A stretch of 38,351 nucleotides of DNA from a virus. Lineage: Duplodnaviria > Caudoviricetes. The stretch's first letter is position 1, and the number at the start of each line of letters is the position of its first letter. Positions 35,326 through 38,351 of this stretch are shown here, one piece after another. The stretch covers positions 1 to 38,351 of IMG/VR virus record IMGVR_UViG_3300017914_002545. One strand, 5' to 3'. Position numbers and translations under genes: made by a program. A model generated the notes under the pieces. It made no database searches. It was not told the DNA's origin and saw only the letters and a list, made by a program, of their open reading frames with translations.

Positions 35326-35934
35326 AATGATCTCCTTGTTCTCGGATTTTTCCGATACATCCGGTGTTTCACTAGCTACCGATGAATTTTCATCCTTAGC
35401 CAGAGACTGACCGGCTAGATCTACACGATTGGTGAAAGTTTTCTTGAATTCATTGTACTCTTCCATAGAGCCAAACGATTTCGACAGAGAGAAAGTAGCT
35501 GCTTGATTACAAGGCACAGAAACAACTGATACCTCAAACAACTCAGCATCCTTAATCTTTAGTCCGTCGGTTTCCGATATATGCTCAGCATCCTTGACTC
35601 GGAAACCAACAGAAAAAGCTCCAAGAATGCCTTCTTTAACAAGCTGCGCCACATGATCTGGCGCAGATTTTGAAATTTTAGCCTTTAATTCCAGGCCGCT
35701 TTCAGTAACTTTTAGTCCTGTAGCACGACCGATAGGCTTGTTGTAGTCATGATTAAAAAGAATGATTGGATTCTTTTCAAAATTCCTAAGTCCACCTTTT
35801 GTCCAAGCCTCTGCCATAATGACATCATTTGCACGATCCTCATCATGAGTACTTGCCATACCGCAGATGTGAACACCCCCATCGTCTTCCTCGAGGGCTT
35901 TAAAAGTAGAAGTGAGATTAAAAATCTTTTCCAT
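33934..35934 (-). CDS. Fused HK97-family prohead protease + delta (scaffold) domain + major capsid protein (666 aa)
   Basis: aa 1-~165 protease (NPIILFNHD, GAFSVGF, ELFEVSVVSVPCN); acidic linker; coiled-coil delta domain; HK97-fold capsid (RLFREIP, LMGKYG, GAVFGTPVIVSE). No stop codon between the parts. Confidence 0.93.
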   Translation of the reverse strand: MEKIFNLTSTFKALEEDDGGVHICGMASTHDEDRANDVIMAEAWTKGGLRNFEKNPIILFNHDYNKPIGRATGLKVTESGLELKAKISKSAPDHVAQLVKEGILGAFSVGFRVKDAEHISETDGLKIKDAELFEVSVVSVPCNQAATFSLSKSFGSMEEYNEFKKTFTNRVDLAGQSLAKDENSSVASETPDVSEKSENKEIIMSEVQTPEVDLEAFAKKVAEETAAKIAMKQAEQKAAEEKAAQEAAEKAQAEVEAKAQQEQEVSSAIRTGIESGTEKLVADLQEDLNKRNADFEETLAKYKTELEEKSEELTKMRESKRVFADRVSSTDLEKHTDELVTAHMLGVMTRKGWDTDFGRDVQEKLGINYAANAGSIDTSVSTAIEKEIMRELKVARLFREIPVTSGATVLPLQTDTGMAAFAASAPAGNLENRPQVTANQYNAKEVTLNAYRLVSSTFMDNDVDEQVLVNLMPMLVEGVARAHGRAVENAILNGSGSVTGLDGFAAAGATLDISDIAGGVANSELSADKLLAARGLMGKYGINPSEMAYVVSQECYYSLLEDPKFQTLDEVGNDLATRVIGTLGAVFGTPVIVSEEMPAKAAGAPAAFIVNTRNYVIPRLRGVSVEQDYEVMNQRRVIVASQALGFQELFAGATGAEPCIKLDYVA

Positions 35935-36260
35935 TAGTCTTCACTCTTCTCTGCCTTAGCAGCTTGGCTCAATGCAGCTAAAGGATCCTTCTTCTTTGAG
36001 GATGCTTTAGGCTTGGGAGCCGGGGGTGGGGGAGGAGGTGGAGTAGAGGCTTTTTGAATCTCTTCCCACGCCTCTGGAAGGTCATGCTCAATACACCCAA
36101 GCATACGCCCCCAACTAGAAAAATGATTTTGTATTTGGCCAAGGCTAATAGGTGCATTTGAATCTACTTTCCAATCATTTGCACTAAGCACCTTACCCTT
36201 TTCAATCATATGCATAGCTACGGCTTGTAGTACGTGTTTTCGTACGCGAAGTCTTGCCAT
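35934..36260 (-). CDS. Small protein with HNH-associated-repeat-like domain and polyproline/Lys tail (108 aa)
   Basis: TAATG-coupled at both ends, AGGAG upstream; KGKVLS..DW.....PIS...I.NHFSSW..ML pattern, then TPPPPPPPAPKPK. Confidence 0.75.
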   Translation of the reverse strand: MARLRVRKHVLQAVAMHMIEKGKVLSANDWKVDSNAPISLGQIQNHFSSWGRMLGCIEHDLPEAWEEIQKASTPPPPPPPAPKPKASSKKKDPLAALSQAAKAEKSED

Positions 36261-37456
36261 TATTCTTCTCCTTCTTCTGTAGGTCTACCGCCCTCGCTTG
36301 GGTTTGCAGCGCTGCCTGCAATATTTGCAGGAACTCTTAACTCATCATACCCATCAAGAGGTTCGTAGTTTAGAGCTTCTCGTGCTTCATTCGGACTAAT
36401 GATTCCGGTATTAACAAGTGCTTGATAATACGAAGCTTGATCGCGAAGCTCAGGTTGTAGGGCTGGAATATTGCTAGTCTCTTCCATTACCTCGAAGCCG
36501 AAGAATCTTTCCATTGCAAAATTTATTTTGCGAACAATAGGTAGTATAGATTCTAAGTAATACAACCGCATATTGGGTCGTAGATTAGCATTATTACCAG
36601 AGTCTAAAAGAATCGGAGGAATGCCCAATGCTTTTAGTATAATTTTTTCGTTCTCTTCAATAGCTTGTTGAAAGTCAAGCTCTTTGAAGTTTACGTTTGA
36701 AATTTCATCAATCTCAATGCCGCCATCTAAAATTAGAGGTCGTCTGCCTCCGGCGTCTGGTCTGTAACGAGCAGACCAAGATTGAATCATTCTTTCTTTA
36801 ATTTTTTCTGATAGAGTGTTTGGGGACTTTAGTACAAGTCCAGGAACAGCTCCATTCTTAAAGAAGTTATCTTGAAAGCTTCTCATACGCTGCATGAGTA
36901 CCATTGTACGTAATGCAGGCTTCAAGCGAGAAACTCCACGATAGATAGAATAGAATGAGTTCTCTTTTACATGAATAATCTCACTCGGCTTGTAGTCTAT
37001 CTTTTCGTTATAGCTAAACTTTTCAATGTAGGTGGTCTCACTTGCGTGAATTGTCATCTTACTTGCAGGAAGATGATACAAATGTACACCATCATAGTAA
37101 ATAAAAATGTTTCCGTCAATAATATAATCAATTAAGATATTACGACGAAAGGAATTTATATCTTGAAAAAGGTTAGGCTCCTTATTCAAAAGAAGGTCTA
37201 CGCGAGACCTTTTAATACCCTTTATAACGCTTTGAGTAGGTAGTTGATTACCAACTGAAACATTTATTTCAGCACAGTCATCAACTAGCATATTTACACC
37301 GCGATTTACAATCTCTAAGTCTTCGTAAGCCCTTTCAAAGTCAAACGTAGGCTCGCGGCTGCTTTCAGTCTTATGGTCATAGTAAGGTTGTGCAGGATTT
37401 AGCTTTTCACTATCCGCCTGAGGAGCCCTGCCGATTATTCTATCATACCATGCCAT
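36260..37456 (-). CDS. Portal protein, HK97 family, T5 pb7-like (398 aa)
   Basis: EKLNP, IVNRGVNM, LLNKEPN, EIIHVKENS, FFKNGAVPGLVL, ALGIPPILLDSGNNAN, GIISPNEAR, RVPANIAGSA. Confidence 0.96.
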   Translation of the reverse strand: MAWYDRIIGRAPQADSEKLNPAQPYYDHKTESSREPTFDFERAYEDLEIVNRGVNMLVDDCAEINVSVGNQLPTQSVIKGIKRSRVDLLLNKEPNLFQDINSFRRNILIDYIIDGNIFIYYDGVHLYHLPASKMTIHASETTYIEKFSYNEKIDYKPSEIIHVKENSFYSIYRGVSRLKPALRTMVLMQRMRSFQDNFFKNGAVPGLVLKSPNTLSEKIKERMIQSWSARYRPDAGGRRPLILDGGIEIDEISNVNFKELDFQQAIEENEKIILKALGIPPILLDSGNNANLRPNMRLYYLESILPIVRKINFAMERFFGFEVMEETSNIPALQPELRDQASYYQALVNTGIISPNEAREALNYEPLDGYDELRVPANIAGSAANPSEGGRPTEEGEE

Positions 37457-37826
37457 GTTTTTCTCTTTGAATTTCTACCCAGCGCATTTGTTTCTCTGCC
37501 GTGCCAAGTCCAGGATTTCTTCCGTAAATTTTGTGCAGTTCTAGATGATGCGCATGGCAGATAGTAACAGTATGTTCGTACAGCTCTGCCCAGTTGTCTT
37601 CTATGAATTCGTCCCGCCAAATCGTTATATACTCATCCGTATAGTGCGAAGGTCTTTCTTTTATCTTCTGCCTTAACCACTTTGATAGCAAGGGACTTAA
37701 AGAATAAAAATGATGAAAGTCTAGAGAACTCGTTGTTCCACAGATGAAGCATTCATCATCCTTTTTATATTTTGATTTTGCTCGATCCCTTATATACTTC
37801 ACAGGGTCTCTCTTGAGCTTTTTCAT
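37443..37826 (-). CDS. HNH (Zn-finger) nicking endonuclease, T5-type; probable true start 37826
   Basis: KYIRD..KS.YKK...CFICG....LDFHH...ELYE.TVT.C..HH..LHKIYG...TA.KQ..WV; same position as in T5 (between TerL and portal). The ORF-track start at 37862 is the TTG of the -35 box. Confidence 0.85.
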   Translation of the reverse strand: MKKLKRDPVKYIRDRAKSKYKKDDECFICGTTSSLDFHHFYSLSPLLSKWLRQKIKERPSHYTDEYITIWRDEFIEDNWAELYEHTVTICHAHHLELHKIYGRNPGLGTAEKQMRWVEIQREKHGMV

Positions 37827-37833
37827 TATTGCC

Positions 37834-37875
37834 ATTTTAACCTCTGGGAGATGAATTGTCAAACATTATTTTTAC
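37834..37875 (-). promoter_or_regulatory. sigma70 promoter for the head operon
   Basis: TTGACA (37862-37857), 17 nt, TAAAAT (37839-37834), A-rich upstream. Confidence 0.85.
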
Positions 37876-37884
37876 AAGGTCTCA

Positions 37885-38351
37885 TCAAAACGAAGTAATC
37901 GAAGTTTCGAATGAGTACAAAGCATACCTTAGTGCGTCTGCCATATGCGATGCTCGATTATGCTTTGGCTTTTCCCGGGCTAGATTAGGATTTGGATCCC
38001 ACTGGTATTGATCTAAGCACGTTAAAGTTTCTGCGCATCGCTGATCGACAAATAATTTATCATTGTCTACAATTCCTGCTACGTGTGCGATGCCATCCAA
38101 AACTGATTTCTTTGCGTTTGTTGTAGGTATATCGTAGTTTTGTGCGAAGTCAAATCGAGTTTGCTGTGCTGCAGAATCTATGTAAATATAATCTATATCC
38201 CACTTTTCCATTCGTCTTTGGATTTCAACGGCATGTTGCTCCGTTGTTTTTTCTGCGTCAAGATACTCATCTAGAACATAATACTTTTCTTCGTCCCAAT
38301 CATAAGCAATTACGCAAAAAGCAGTAGGATCACGATAACCGACGTCAAGGC
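37885..38351 (-). CDS. terL: Terminase large subunit, C-terminal nuclease domain (partial), T5-like
   Basis: Frame open to the window edge: LDVGYRDPTAF...AEKTTEQHA...YIDSAA...AKKSVLDG...REKPKH...SHMADALRYALYS closely resembles T5 TerL. Confidence 0.95.
   Translation of the reverse strand, partial: LDVGYRDPTAFCVIAYDWDEEKYYVLDEYLDAEKTTEQHAVEIQRRMEKWDIDYIYIDSAAQQTRFDFAQNYDIPTTNAKKSVLDGIAHVAGIVDNDKLFVDQRCAETLTCLDQYQWDPNPNLAREKPKHNRASHMADALRYALYSFETSITSF

Noticed and set aside
35418-35520. Internal promoter for the nested capsid gene (TACAAT near 35452-35457)
   Set aside because: No -35 hexamer at 17-nt spacing and no TGn extension.
37443-37826. HNH gene as a mobile homing endonuclease or intron ORF
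   Set aside because: Position and motifs match the conserved T5 nickase, and flanking genes are uninterrupted.
37827-37862. N-terminal MTIHLPEVKMAI extension of the HNH protein
   Set aside because: It overlaps the -35 and -10 boxes, so it would not be on the transcript from this promoter.
962-38327. Plus-strand ORFs in the track (e.g. 10451-10936, 13011-13538, 17901-18407, 34486-34950) and short alternate-frame minus ORFs
   Set aside because: All lie within well-supported minus-strand genes and show no recognisable motifs; consistent with shadow ORFs.
1-38351. Alternative genetic code or stop-codon reassignment
   Set aside because: Standard-code ORFs tile the window densely, and TAA, TAG and TGA all serve as stops at gene ends.

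Overview
The window holds the virion morphogenesis region of a tailed dsDNA phage (siphovirus), encoded entirely on the minus strand; GC is roughly 39% by eye. Family assignments come from motifs and gene order that I recognised from memory; no database search was run. From right to left the first half is T5-like (Demerecviridae-type): TerL C-terminus, HNH nicking endonuclease, portal, small Pro-rich protein, prohead protease fused in frame to the major capsid protein, head completion, tail completion, tail terminator, pb6-like tail tube, two tail chaperones linked by a -1 frameshift, and tape measure protein. A lambda-type tail tip follows (gpM, gpL, JAB-only gpK, gpI, gpJ-like) plus a separate distal fibre gene. 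The last 15 kb, under its own consensus sigma70 promoter, is a locus of collar and fibre genes built from shuffled repeat modules; it includes a >=1177 aa ORF (1..3531) missing from the ORF track. Main points of interest: (1) a protease-capsid fusion with an internal RBS and start codon; (2) a T5/lambda chimera that switches inside the tape measure gene and lacks a p140-like adaptor; (3) a probably leaderless HNH gene heading the head operon; (4) repeated insertion of extra domains into conserved structural scaffolds; (5) an HNH-repeat-like polyproline protein where T5 has its decoration protein. No tRNA, CRISPR array, integrase or reverse transcriptase was seen.
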